This document shows positions 11,638-22,200 of a stretch of DNA of 64,000 nt, piece by piece (position 1 is the stretch's first letter; each line of letters starts with the position of its first letter). Under the pieces are notes generated by a model. The model was not told the origin of the DNA. It ran no database searches and saw only the letters and a list, made by a program, of their open reading frames with translations. Made by a program: the position numbers and the translations under genes. Origin of the DNA: Zygnema circumcarinatum SAG 698-1b (taxonomy: Eukaryota; Plantae; Zygnematophyceae); contig CM074807.1 in the NCBI GenBank assembly GCA_037447605.1, positions 1,426,001 to 1,490,000 of the forward strand, read 5' to 3'.

Positions 11638-12767
11638 ATGGCGGGAGTTCTGAATCTATGTCAAGCGTCGGGAGTGGCAAGGACTGCCTTTCTTGGGGGG
11701 AAGCTCAGCCATGAGGATGGTCCAGTTGGAGGGTCATCACTCAGGTTGCGGAGTCAGGTGGGAGTAGTGAGAGCAGAGGGGTTTGACTTGTCGTCTCTTC
11801 TGGGAGGACGAGGCCTGAGAGGCGGAGAACCGGCGTTGAAGACAGATGAGGGAAAGCAGGTGCTGTTCAAGGATGAGGCGGTTCCAAAGAAGGTGGTTGA
11901 AAAGGAGCGTCTGTCAGACATGACCGATGGAGAAATTGGATCCTTCGACAAGGAGCTTGCTGGACTTACCGGTGGTTTTCCTGGAGGAGAGAAGGTGCGG
12001 TGCTGGCTCTTTTACCAAGCTAAACTAAAAACTTTTGTTGGTCCGTAGACTGCTACCCAATGTAGGTTTGAACGAGTAGAAGGAAGCGTTTCAACTTGAA
12101 TGAGATCGATTTTTGGTGTGAAGCAAGCAGTCGTGTATTTTAATGGCGTCAGCTTGTCTTGTGGTAGTACACCGGAATACAGCGCTGCTTCTAGTTTTTC
12201 ATCTTTCACGCGTCCATTTGCTAGCAGGAAACACTGGTCTTCAAGGTTCTCCTGTGTTTTATGTTTTAGGTGTCTTCATTAGCACGTGGAAATGGCAAAA
12301 GTGACAATGTTTGTGTTTTTCTATATAGGCAGTGATCAGTCCAGACGTTGCATTCGCAGTGACCATGCGGTAGGTCTCATTCGTGCAGAAATGCTCAGTT
12401 TTTGACCTGTCTATCTCGGGCTGTGCAGGGCTTGAAAGACTTCGTTGCTAAATTTCCTGCCCCGTCGAAGATGTCCTCTGAGCTGCAAAAGACTCGTGAT
12501 GCACTGGCCACTCAAGCAGTGGCGAAGTCAGCTGTTGTTGCACCTCCCTTGTTTATGCCAGGGATGACAGTGCGGGTGATCACTCCGGGTGACTCGTACT
12601 ACATGTTCACCGGCATTGTGCAGCGCGTGACTGACGGCCGAGTTGGTGTGCTTTTTGAGGGTGGTAACTGGGACAAGCTTGTGACATTCGACCTTTCGGA
12701 TCTGGTGCGAACTGAGAAAGGACCTCCCATGTCCAATCCCAAGTCTGCTGTGCTGGAGCTGCAGTGA
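11638..12767 (+). CDS. NdhS: NDH complex subunit S (CRR31), plastid-targeted; exons 11638-11994 and 12429-12767
   Basis: [17 protein letters not shown]|GLKDF and the SH3-like domain PGMTVRV...[31 protein letters not shown]. Confidence 0.93.
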
Positions 12768-14145
12768 ACTCCCTTTTAGTACGCCATACCTGTTTTTTAT
12801 TCTTGGAACTTCGAGCAGTGAGCTGTGCCCAAAAATATTCGTCTCCTTGACCAGACAGCTTGTTTATGTACTCTGTGGAACGCGAATGAGTCCAGAATTA
12901 TCAGAACATTTGTTTTCCTTGTATAGCAGTCTAGGGTTCAAAATTTAGCGACAAACTTCGCAGTATTGTGGGAGTGATTAGCAAACATTGTCGGTAGGCT
13001 GAGCATGACAAGACTCGAATGGGTATTGCCACTGAAAGGATGCGATAGAACGGCGAAATGTATCCTGTGTGAAGTTCATAGGTTAAAATTGCAGTCTAAG
13101 TAGAAGGGAAGCCATAGTGTCTGCGAAGCAGAAGGTGGCAGCAAGGGAATGGAGGGAATAAAGACCCTCTGCATTGTCCCTGGAGGAATGACGATGCTCT
13201 TTTATCACCAAAGGAGCATATCTATTAAGCGACGTTGCGCTTCTCTGAGTTCGTCTTGCAGACTGTAAATGATCACCATCTCGGGCAATATCAAGTGAAA
13301 AATCAACAAGGCCTGTCAAAGGCCTCTCTCCTGCCACCAGCGAGCAAATTCATACAGTGAAAATTTGACAACCAAATCAATGAAAAGGGATATTCCATAG
13401 CAACTTCCTATCAGTCTTTTTCTGGACAACCTATGCGCTCACATTTACAAAACGTGCTCGGACATGGATCGGTGATGAAGCGATTACCCTTCTAGCGATA
13501 AAGTGTACCTTTCAAATTTATGAGTACTGCACTAGACAGTGTAGTTGACTCTGGGAATTAAATGTGCCTATGTGCTCTGTTGCTTGTGATGTGACGATCC
13601 AGGTAAAAGTCTACCCTAGAAAGAATGCTCACTAGCGCTGTCTTCTTGCAAAAACAAGAGAAGGCTAAGGTTCTACGCAAGTTGTGCTCCATTTGTGCCA
13701 ACCCCAGCATACGCATGCCATCGAAAAACAAACAGACAACCCTCTACTTAATCGTAGATTCATCCGCATTTCGGATGCTAGGCAGTAAGGTTAGTGTGTA
13801 TCGCTCTCCACCCTGCTCCTAACCCAACAAGTGTCCCAAACACTATCCAATTTTGCAGCTGCCCTAGACTTCTCTGGCCAGACTTCTCCTCAAGGTAAGT
13901 GCCTGGCTGCGCTAGCCTATCCTCCGCATCTAAGCAAAATACACGCACACAGGTGAAGGGCCGTCGCCTAAAGTCTGCTTTCTCGTCCGCTGACGAATGA
14001 CTACAACGGTGTGTACGCAATTTCAAGTTTTTGTTCGCTTTTAGCAAAACGAGGCAATGTGAAACCAGTCTAGCAGTAGATGGACATGGACAGACCCAGC
14101 TTGGGAAACCACGAGGAGCCGCTTTCAAAGACGAGCCTCTCGAGC

Positions 14146-14176
<31 letters not shown>

Positions 14177-14212
14177 GTGCTACTGCTGCTGCTGGTGCTG
14201 CTGCTGCTGCGA
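14146..14212 (+). repeat. (GCT)n trinucleotide tract; inverted partner (CAG)n at about 15467-15531
   Basis: Visible tandem gct and cag runs. On the minus strand the left tract reads as poly-Q interrupted by CAG>TAG stops. Confidence 0.9.
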
Positions 14213-14561
14213 GGGAGGCGGTCCACCCGGGAGCAGGCTGCCGCGGGCGCTGGCTTGGCTCGCGCTGCCGCTCATGGCTGGTTGCGAGTCACATCGTTGC
14301 TCAATAAATTGCTATAGGAGGGGAGCCAAGATGCCATACAAGAAGCAGGAAACAGGCGTGAGAAGTGAGTTAACGGAAGTGAGAGTGTTTCACGAAACTA
14401 GGCAACAATTGTAGTTTTCGTTCCCGCAAACTTCTGTTCAGGAAACATAAGTGCAAAAGCGCAACTGAACCGCAGCAGGAGAAATTGTAATAAGGAAATC
14501 CGAATCACGTTTTTCATCACCTATCACGCTTGCAGCCTCGTAAAGTAAGCTTTAAACATAC

Positions 14562-15090
14562 CTTCGGTAATTGAGGGGGGATGCCACCAACAATTATCTT
14601 CTTTGTCCGCGGCCCCCGAGTTGCTACAGCCATGCTTTTCTCTCGGCACAGATTTCTTTGCCACCACCTGCAAGGACAGACAAGCAATTCAAACATTAAT
14701 CATGCAGGTCATTCAATTCTAAAGTTTTGGCACAGCACACCATGCACAATTGCACTTCGGCAATGACCAGATTGCAGAACTGGACCACTTCGGCGAAGTT
14801 CTTTCTGAAACAGTGACGAAGTAGCAGACTAACGACTTTTGACGATTCTTTGACAACTTATTAGAAAGTGAAACCAAAAATAATCTCGGCCTCAATCCAC
14901 TCAGAAAAAAGAGTCATGTATCAGGGTAAAGGCCGCATCCGACTTACAGTCCGGCCATCAATGACATGCTTGTCCTGGACAACCCGGTCGCATACAGCAG
15001 GATCAGAAAAGGTAACAAATCCAAATCCACGAGGATAACCAATAGCTCGGTCCTTCATGGTAACCGTATCCGTGATGGTGCCGTGAAAGA
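14562..15090 (-). pseudogene. hnRNP A/B (Musashi-like) two-RRM protein remnant: two exons, 5'-truncated, frameshifted
   Basis: GTITDTVTMKDRAIGYPRGFGFVTFSDPAVCDRVVQDKHVIDGRT|gtaagt (RNP1 RGFGFVTF), then cag|VVAKKSVPRE..GPRTKKIIVGGIP.SITE|gtatgt (14562-14667) carrying a +1 and a -1 indel. Confidence 0.8.
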
Positions 15091-15263
15091 CATAACCGTC
15101 AAAAACATAAACGAAATTAGGTTCAGAATTTGTCGAATCCAGCGGAACTCTAGTTGAAATCTGGCCATTGCCGAATTGCAATTGTGCATGTTGTGCTGTG
15201 CCAAAACCTTAGAATTGGATGACCTGCATGGTTGACATTTGAATTTCCTATCTGTCCTTGCAG

Positions 15264-15369
15264 GTGGTGGCAAAGAAATCTGTACCGAGAGAGGGCATGG
15301 CTGTAGCAACTCGGGAGGCGCCGACGAAGAAGATATATGTTGGTGACATGCTGCCCTCAACTACCGAAG
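15264..15369 (+). pseudogene. Inverted copy of the RRM linker exon
   Basis: ttgcag|VVAKKSVPREGMAVATREAPTKKIYVGDMLPSTTE, with no donor after it; it abuts the poly-Q block. Confidence 0.75.
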
Positions 15370-15465
15370 CTTGAGCAATGATGTGACTCGCAACGAGCCA
15401 TGAGCGACAGCGCGCAAGCCAGCACCCGCGGCAGCCCGCTCCCGGGTGGACCGCCTCCCTCGCAG

Positions 15466-15507
<42 letters not shown>

Positions 15508-15772
15508 CAACAGCAAAGTAGCAGCAGCAGCGCCTTGCAGGGCAAACATATCCTTTGGCGCGGAAACGCGCGCGCTCGGCGTTCAATTTTCAATGTTCAA
15601 TTTTTTTGCAGGCAGGCGACGCCGAACAGGGGCCTCTCCCTTCCAATGAAAAAACGCCACGCGGCTATGGTCTTGTACGAAGTCGACACGTGTCGACAAA
15701 AGTGTTTTTGTTGACCAAACGACTCCTTTCAAGAGCGCGTGCTTTGACTACGAACTGCTTGTCAAGCACCTT

Positions 15773-15856
15773 CCAATGACGACACGTCACGTGTACTGTG
15801 CGGCCAATGATGACACGCCATGTGTATCATACGGCCAATGGTGAAACGCCACGTGT
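15773..15856 (+). promoter_or_regulatory. 31-bp tandem repeat (about 2.7 units) carrying ERSE-like CCAAT-N10-CACG elements
   Basis: CCAAT at 15773, 15804 and 15835, each followed after exactly 10 nt by CACG, CATG and CACG respectively. The third also matches CCAAT-N9-CCACG. Confidence 0.55.
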
Positions 15857-16099
15857 TTCTCGTATTCCTGTCGACGGAGAAGCTCGACTTTGAGGCTTGT
15901 CTTTCGTCTTCCAACAAAAACTTGAAATTGCGTATACAGCGTTGTAGTCATTCGTCAGCGGACGAGAAAGCAGACTTTCATGGTTGAATCACGTTTAGCC
16001 TTCAACAGATAAGGCGAGGGCCCTTCACCTGCGTGCGTGAATTTCAGGAGAAGGTGTTTGCTTAGATGCGGACAATGGGCTAGAGCAGCCAGGTACTAC

Positions 16100-17115
16100 C
16101 CTTGAGGAGGAGTCTGGCCAGCGAAGTCTAGGTCAGCTGCGAAATTGATTAGTGTTTGGGACACTTATTGGGTTAGGAGGGGGGTGGGCTATTGTGGCGG
16201 GTGGCTGGGGTTTCACATCCATGATGGCGTTGATCATATTACTCGGAACTTGGGAGTATTTCGGCTTGGTAGAGGGCAAGGCTGTCCTTGCCAACGAAGC
16301 TTCTCCGCCGTTATTGGCTGTGCAGGCCTGCTGTGCGATGTCCTGCGGAATGCCACTAATGACAATGTAAGGTCTGCTCAATGACAACTTCATTTTTTCT
16401 GTATAGGTGGTTACGGCGGTCCAAGTGGAGGGCAATATGTTCAATTGGTTAGGAATTAGGCAGGAGAGTATGGGGAGGAAGGTTCCCTGGTCAATTGTTA
16501 ATTTAAATGTGAGTTTTGGTCATGTCACTTTCTGAGAGAAGGCAGCTTTTCGTAAGGAGCTGTCCTTTCACAATTCAGTGGGGAGGTTTTGAGAAGGTCA
16601 TGCTGCTGCTGTTTTGAGAATTTCAGTGTAAGGAGTTTCTCTGAATTATCCAAAGTCAGGCAGGCGCAATGCCGGGCAGTATAAGTTCTTCACTTCAACT
16701 TCAGGAGGAGGTCAAGCTTGTCAATTTGCAGGAAAGGAGTCGTAGTGACTGCCGCTGAAAGAAATGGCAATTGCCAGGAAATGACGGAGTGTCAACAGGG
16801 GGGCCGGGGGGCGGGACCAAAGGCTGGGGGATATACCTTTGCTAGCAAGATCAGAAGCGGGTTTTCTTGCTAGAAGTGAAAGATTTCAAGTGTGAAAATC
16901 TTTATAAAGGACAGTCTTTGTCTTTCCTAAGCTCTGCTCGATGTGATGTACCATTCAGGTACTTTGGAGGAAGGATAGGATGGGCAGTTGCTTCTGCTTT
17001 AGTTCTGCTAGTGGCTGTGGTGCTACTACAGCCCACCAGATTGCGAAGAAGTCAAGGCACCAGCCTCCTATTTGGCCCCTTTTACTGCGGCTATCTTCCT
17101 GCATTCTGGATTAAG
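16100..17115 (+). pseudogene. Plastid phosphatidate cytidylyltransferase (CDS4/5-like) remnant
   Basis: GQLRN*LVFGTLIGLGGGWAIVAGGWGF...GTWEYFGLV...PLMT|MYFGG...FGPFYCGYLPAFWIK| (exons to 16366 and 16959-17115). In-frame TGA at 16146-48 where the left-arm copy has TGG. No downstream SPKKTWEG exon found. Confidence 0.8.
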
Positions 17116-17318
17116 GTAAGCCAAATCCCACAAAGGCTTACCTTAATCCAGAATGCAACCATCATCGCTTTGCGATCTAGCCTTGGTACTTTGTACGTTC
17201 GGACAAGAATCAATCTCAACTGAACATTAACATCCGACGAAGTGCCTGTACTGCTTATACTGTTTTCCTGATTAAGGACCGATCCAGTTCAGTAAAATGA
17301 GAATATAGTCATCTTTAC

Positions 17319-17566
17319 CAGTGAGAGCTGCAGTGTACTTCCATCCACAAACCACCTGCATCAAGCAAACATTCGAACAGGAGATGTGATCCAGCTTTCA
17401 GATCGGTTTACTTTTGCCCAAAACCTCATAGTTCTAGTTTCGATAGCACTTTTCTTGCTTGTTAATTGAGAATGTCGATGTGCAGCCCCCTACCTGGACA
17501 ACGGTGTGCTCTGCCAGTTCTCCGTTCACCTGAACGGGTTCTCGGGCATAGTTTGGATGGCCCCTT
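17319..17566 (-). pseudogene. RCC1-repeat protein fragment (two small exons, 17494-17566 and 17319-17355)
   Basis: The AG/GT-bounded exons join as RGHPNYAREPVQVNGELAEHTVVQ|VVCGWKYTAALT, matching the RCC1 repeat VxQVxCGWxHTxALT. No further repeats found. Confidence 0.6.
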
Positions 17567-18108
17567 CTGCAAACCATGGCAACCAAAAGGGAAAAAAAAA
17601 AAATCTAAGAAGCCAACCCCGAGGTTCACACCGTCCACATATTCAAAGCACGTAGAGAGATGAAGATGCAAGTTATGGATTAAGAAGAATACTGAAAACC
17701 CTTGAAAAACTTGAAGTCAAGAAGCTCCAATCCGCCTCAAACAGAGGAGCTTCTCGCCCATTCCCAGCTTCGCTGTGACTCCCTCGGCGAGAAGAAGGTG
17801 CTTCTGAGAAGCCGCCATAGAGAAAGGGGCTCCTCTGTGCTCGAGAGTACCGTCGTGACCGCAGGAGCCTGCCCAGCAGCGCCATACGAGAACCACAACC
17901 CTAAAACCATGGCCGCCTATTAAGAACCCTGACAAGGCGCGAGCATGCCGCTGCCTACAAGTGTGCCCATTGTCGGCAGTGAAGCGCAGCTCGAAGGAAG
18001 CTCTTGCTGCGAGAAAGCATTTCCACGCTTCGCTTTCTGCCCCGCCCTGTGAAGGCGAGGAGGAGAGCCTCCTGGTGCGGACTAGGATAGGGGTGCTGAC
18101 TGTTGCCC

Positions 18109-18852
18109 ATGGCTGCCGTGCTCCAGCAGCGCCCAGCCATGGCGCTGATGGAAAGCCATAGCCTTCTGGCCCTCCGAGCACCTCCGCCCGGTTTTACTGC
18201 AGGCAGCTCGCCTGCAGTCCGCTGCTTTCTCCGCAGCTCTTTTTCAGGCAGCAGCCTGGGCTCAAGCTGCTTGTCCACGTTCCAGAGCTTATCTTTCCTT
18301 GATAGACACTCACAATATTTGAAGAAGGAAAATAGCTTTGTTTGTAAGTCTTCACTTGTGGAAACAACAGGGGAAACTGCAGTGAGTAGCGCAGTGCCTG
18401 ATATTGGCTTGCCGTAGAATGAGTTTGCATGCTTTGTCTCAGGAGAGTGGGACGGCTATGGCTCAGACTTTGATCGCACAGGCAGTGCGCAGGAGCTTCC
18501 AGACTCTGTGGTGCCTCAGGCTATGAAGGATTGGGGTGTAGAGATTAGGGCTTGGCAGTCACAGGCACCAACATTGGCTCGTCCTGATCTGAAACTTTAT
18601 TCCAAAACAATACGTCTGCTTCCAACAGTCGGATGCGAAGCTGACGCAGCCACACAATACAGTGTGGAAGAGAAGGAGAGTGGAGGTCGTGTTTTTGAAG
18701 GGGGGGAATGCTCTGCAATAGATCAGTCAGGCATAGACTCTGCAGCTGCACGTGCAGGTGTTTTGGCTTTCCATAGGGAAGGATCATATACGGTGGCACG
18801 GCGAGGAAGTGGAAGGAAATTCCCCCTTTTGGCGTTAGTCGTTCACTCGTGA
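18109..18852 (+). pseudogene. Uncharacterised plastid protein (At4g38225-like, recalled), interrupted by in-frame stops
   Basis: One frame reads transit peptide...GLP*NEFACFVSGEWDGYGSDF...ELPDSVVPQAMKDWGVEIRAWQSQAPTLA...LLPTVGCEADAATQYS. TAG at 18415-17 sits where homologues have Trp; TGA follows at 18850. Confidence 0.65.
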
Positions 18853-19261
18853 TCGTCAGAGAGAAGGAGAAATGTCTCCCTCCCGCCAGAGAGAGTGGAC
18901 CCCATCGTGCATATGCTGCCAGTTAACGACATCGTAAATCGGGTCCGGCACATAAATGTAGTTCAAGAACGGTCTCGGCGTTCCATGTTTGAACGCCTCC
19001 ACGAGACATGGACCTCGATCATTTTCTGGATTGTTACGCGGAACGGAACGACGGCACAGATCGGCTACACCCACCCCCTCACCTCCGTCAGGGCGGGAAC
19101 AGCTGGGAAGGCCATCTGTCTCCTGCTCGGGTGAGGCGGAGGCGCTGCAAGAGGGGAAGGGAGAGGGAGAAGGGAGGTGGAAGTATTGTCTTAGGTCTGC
19201 TGACCCACGCATTATTCCCGAGGAAGTTCCCAAAGTTCAGAGAGGCATTGATTGAAGCGGG

Positions 19262-22200
19262 ATGGCGCTGGTGCAGCCGGGGAACAAGAAGGATGAAGAC
19301 CGGGATGACGAAAGTAAGCATCATGCCTGTTTCGCAAGTCGGGTACACAAAGTCAAGGCTTTTGCGTTTGCGAAGGAAATGGGTGTATCCATTATTTTGA
19401 GGAATATGGGACATTCTGCATCTACAAGATGGGTCTCAGTCGACAGCTGCTGTTGTTGTTTGAAAGGAAAACTGGCAGTGAGGAGGGATCAAGCAGTATG
19501 GCCTGAACTGGTGTAATAATATTTTTCGGCTGCTTAGATTCAAAGTGCAGCGTGGCCTTAAACGCCAAGAGAAGATAAACTGCAGATTGGGTAGTTTTTC
19601 TAGGATAAGAAATTTTACATTGTCTACTCATTAATCTAGCATGATGGAACCTCAAACTCATGAAGGATCAGCATAAAGGCGCGAAATGGTCACCTCTGAA
19701 ATGCTGCATTAGACTGATGGTATGTTATTGTTATCTGCGTGTATACCTTGTTCGAATCAGCCGAGTATTCTCCCTTCTATGGGATCGAGAAAGGAGCCGT
19801 TTTACAGGAAGCCAGAGTCTTCAATGATCCACAACTTGATGCTCGGCGCTGCGCCCAGGTACAACTCCATCTTTAGGTTTGAACCGGCCGTGATAATTTT
19901 TTGTTTTTGTTTTTGTCTTGTTTATTTCTCGTTTCCTGCACGGCGGAGCACTCCAAAAAGTGTATGAAACTCCTTGGTATTGACATCTCTGAGTTTGTAT
20001 GGCGTAGTCTTCCTGCATTGTGTATGATGCTGCTTTCAAACATGTCATTTGGTGTTCCTGCAGGTCATCACAAAGCTTCTTTACCTTCTCAATCAAGGGG
20101 AAACTTTCACTAAGGTACGGCGTTCTGCATCGAAATCGTTCTATTTGCCACTGGCAGGCCGCAGTCTTCTGACTATGCAACGTGGATTTCAATGCCTCAT
20201 TTCAAGTGATTCTTTGTGGCCTTGCAGACAGAGGCTACTGAAGTCTTCTTCTCTGTCACAAAACTATTTCAGTCCAATGATATAGGTCTCCGGCGCTTCT
20301 TGTACCTCATGATCAAGGAGATTTCTCCGTCTGCTGACGAGGTATGGTGTTCACATTTCATCACATTCACCTTCTCCAATTGTTTTTTCACTGTTGGCAT
20401 CTGTTCTGCCCTCCTTCTGGATAACCACCAGTTAGCTCAGATTCTGCGGATTTGCTCTTGATCCATATTCTTTCAACGTTATACATCCATCAGTGGCTCT
20501 AAATCTTAGTTTTGGTCAAGATCTGTTCTGTCAATTCTTTCGTGACAGGTCATTATAGTCACCAGCTCCTTGATGAAGGATATGAACAGCAAAATTGATC
20601 TTTATCGAGCCAACGCCATTCGAGTACTCTGTCGCATTACTGATGGCGGCCTTTTGGGACAAATAGAACGTTACCTCAAGCAGGCCATTGTGGACAAGAA
20701 CCCAGTGGTCTCCAGTGCGGCACTTGTCAGTGGCGTACATCTCCTTCAGGTATGGCATGAACCTCGTTATTTAAAGCATGTGGCCTACAATTTGCGAGTT
20801 GACTTAAGATTCATCATGTTTGCCACCGCAGGGAAGGCTTGACTGGGGACAGCGTGATCTTCATTCTTCATCATAAAAAAATGTTAATGATAGTGGAGTT
20901 TAACCTAATATCAATATTCAGCAATTCGTACATCTTAGTTTGTCATGAACGCAATGACCATTGGGATCCAATTTCTACTGCACGACGTAGGCGCGTAGAT
21001 GTTGTGATCTTGCTTAAGCTGATATTCATCACTACTTGCAATATATTTGGCAAAATACTTCAAAAGTTATGCAACCTAGTAGTCTGACACATACCCCTCC
21101 TTTGCTGGAGGTTTTCCAACTTTCTGCACTCCTGCAGCATGGTTTTTTTCAGCCATTTTCTATTAATTGCCGCTGATCTGTGTTTCAAACTACCTGTACT
21201 TGTCCAGAATGACTTCAATAGAGCATGTGACTCCCAATTTTAGGGTTGCTAGTATAAGCAGATCATTTGAAGCCTTCTGTCCTGGTGAGGTCAGGAATAA
21301 TTTTCAGCTATTTACTCGTAAGACAGCTTTGTATGGTAAGTTCTTTGTCAAAGTATCATGTCTGATTTTTGTTATGTTGCTGCTCGCCTGCAACAGACAA
21401 ATCCAGAAATTGTGAAGCGGTGGAGTAATGAAGTTCAGGAGGCTGTGCAGACTAAAGCACCCCTTGTGCAATTCCACGCCTTAGCGCTGCTGCATCAGGT
21501 ACTCGTGGTGTTGTTTTCAAATGCGCCCTGTAGCCTGATTATATTCCTGACTACGCAGCTCCTTTCACTGCTTGCAATGCTTAAACCTGAATCAGTTGTC
21601 TCAGCATCTTGGATGACATAATGGAATCGAAAAGCAAGTTAATCAGCAATCGATGTTGCGTTGCTTAGTATAACTGTTTCCTGGAGTGAAATTATGCAGA
21701 TCCGCCAAAATGACCGTCAGGCTATCAGCAAACTGGTGACTACTTTAACGCGCGGGACTGTTCGGTCCCCTTTGGCACAATGCCTGTTGATTCGCTATAC
21801 CAGTCAGGTACTCACTAAGCGTCAGATTTCCTGATATGGCTCATCTCGGAAGTTTACAAGGTTTGAGATGGAGTGTTTACAGTCTTTCACACTGCTTAAT
21901 GAATGTCATGATCCCTTTAAATGTGAAGGTTTTCAGCATCATGCCTGACTTATGCTCTATGTTTGCAAGGTCTAGTCCGATATAGCAGCTCCCGTTTGGA
22001 GACTGACAGAGGGTTGGTTGTCTGCAGGTTATGGCGGAATCAGGTGTGAACAGTATGGGGGGTGATCGGCCCTTCTATGAATACCTGGAAGGCTGTTTGA
22101 GACAAAAGGCAGAAATGGTCATTCTTGAAGCAGCAAGGGCCATTACAGATTTGACTGGCGTGACAGGACGGGAGCTGACACCGGCTATAACCGTCCTGCA

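Larger units (their letters stand above)
13808..16186. repeat. Large imperfect inverted repeat (left arm about 13808-14775, right arm about 15160-16186)
   Basis: Three collinear inverted blocks: 13808-14040 with 15912-16186, 14190-14310 with 15372-15475, and 14562-14775 with 15160-15369. Confidence 0.9.

Noticed and set aside
15682-15697. 16-bp perfect palindrome GTCGACACGTGTCGAC
   Set aside because: About one is expected by chance per 64 kb; no independent support beyond containing a G-box.
18415-18417. Programmed stop-codon readthrough in the At4g38225-like ORF
   Set aside because: A second in-frame stop and the decayed neighbourhood make pseudogenisation simpler.
18856-19233. 125-aa minus-strand ORF upstream of gamma-COP
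   Set aside because: No recognisable domain; it overlaps the presumed gamma-COP promoter and 5' UTR.
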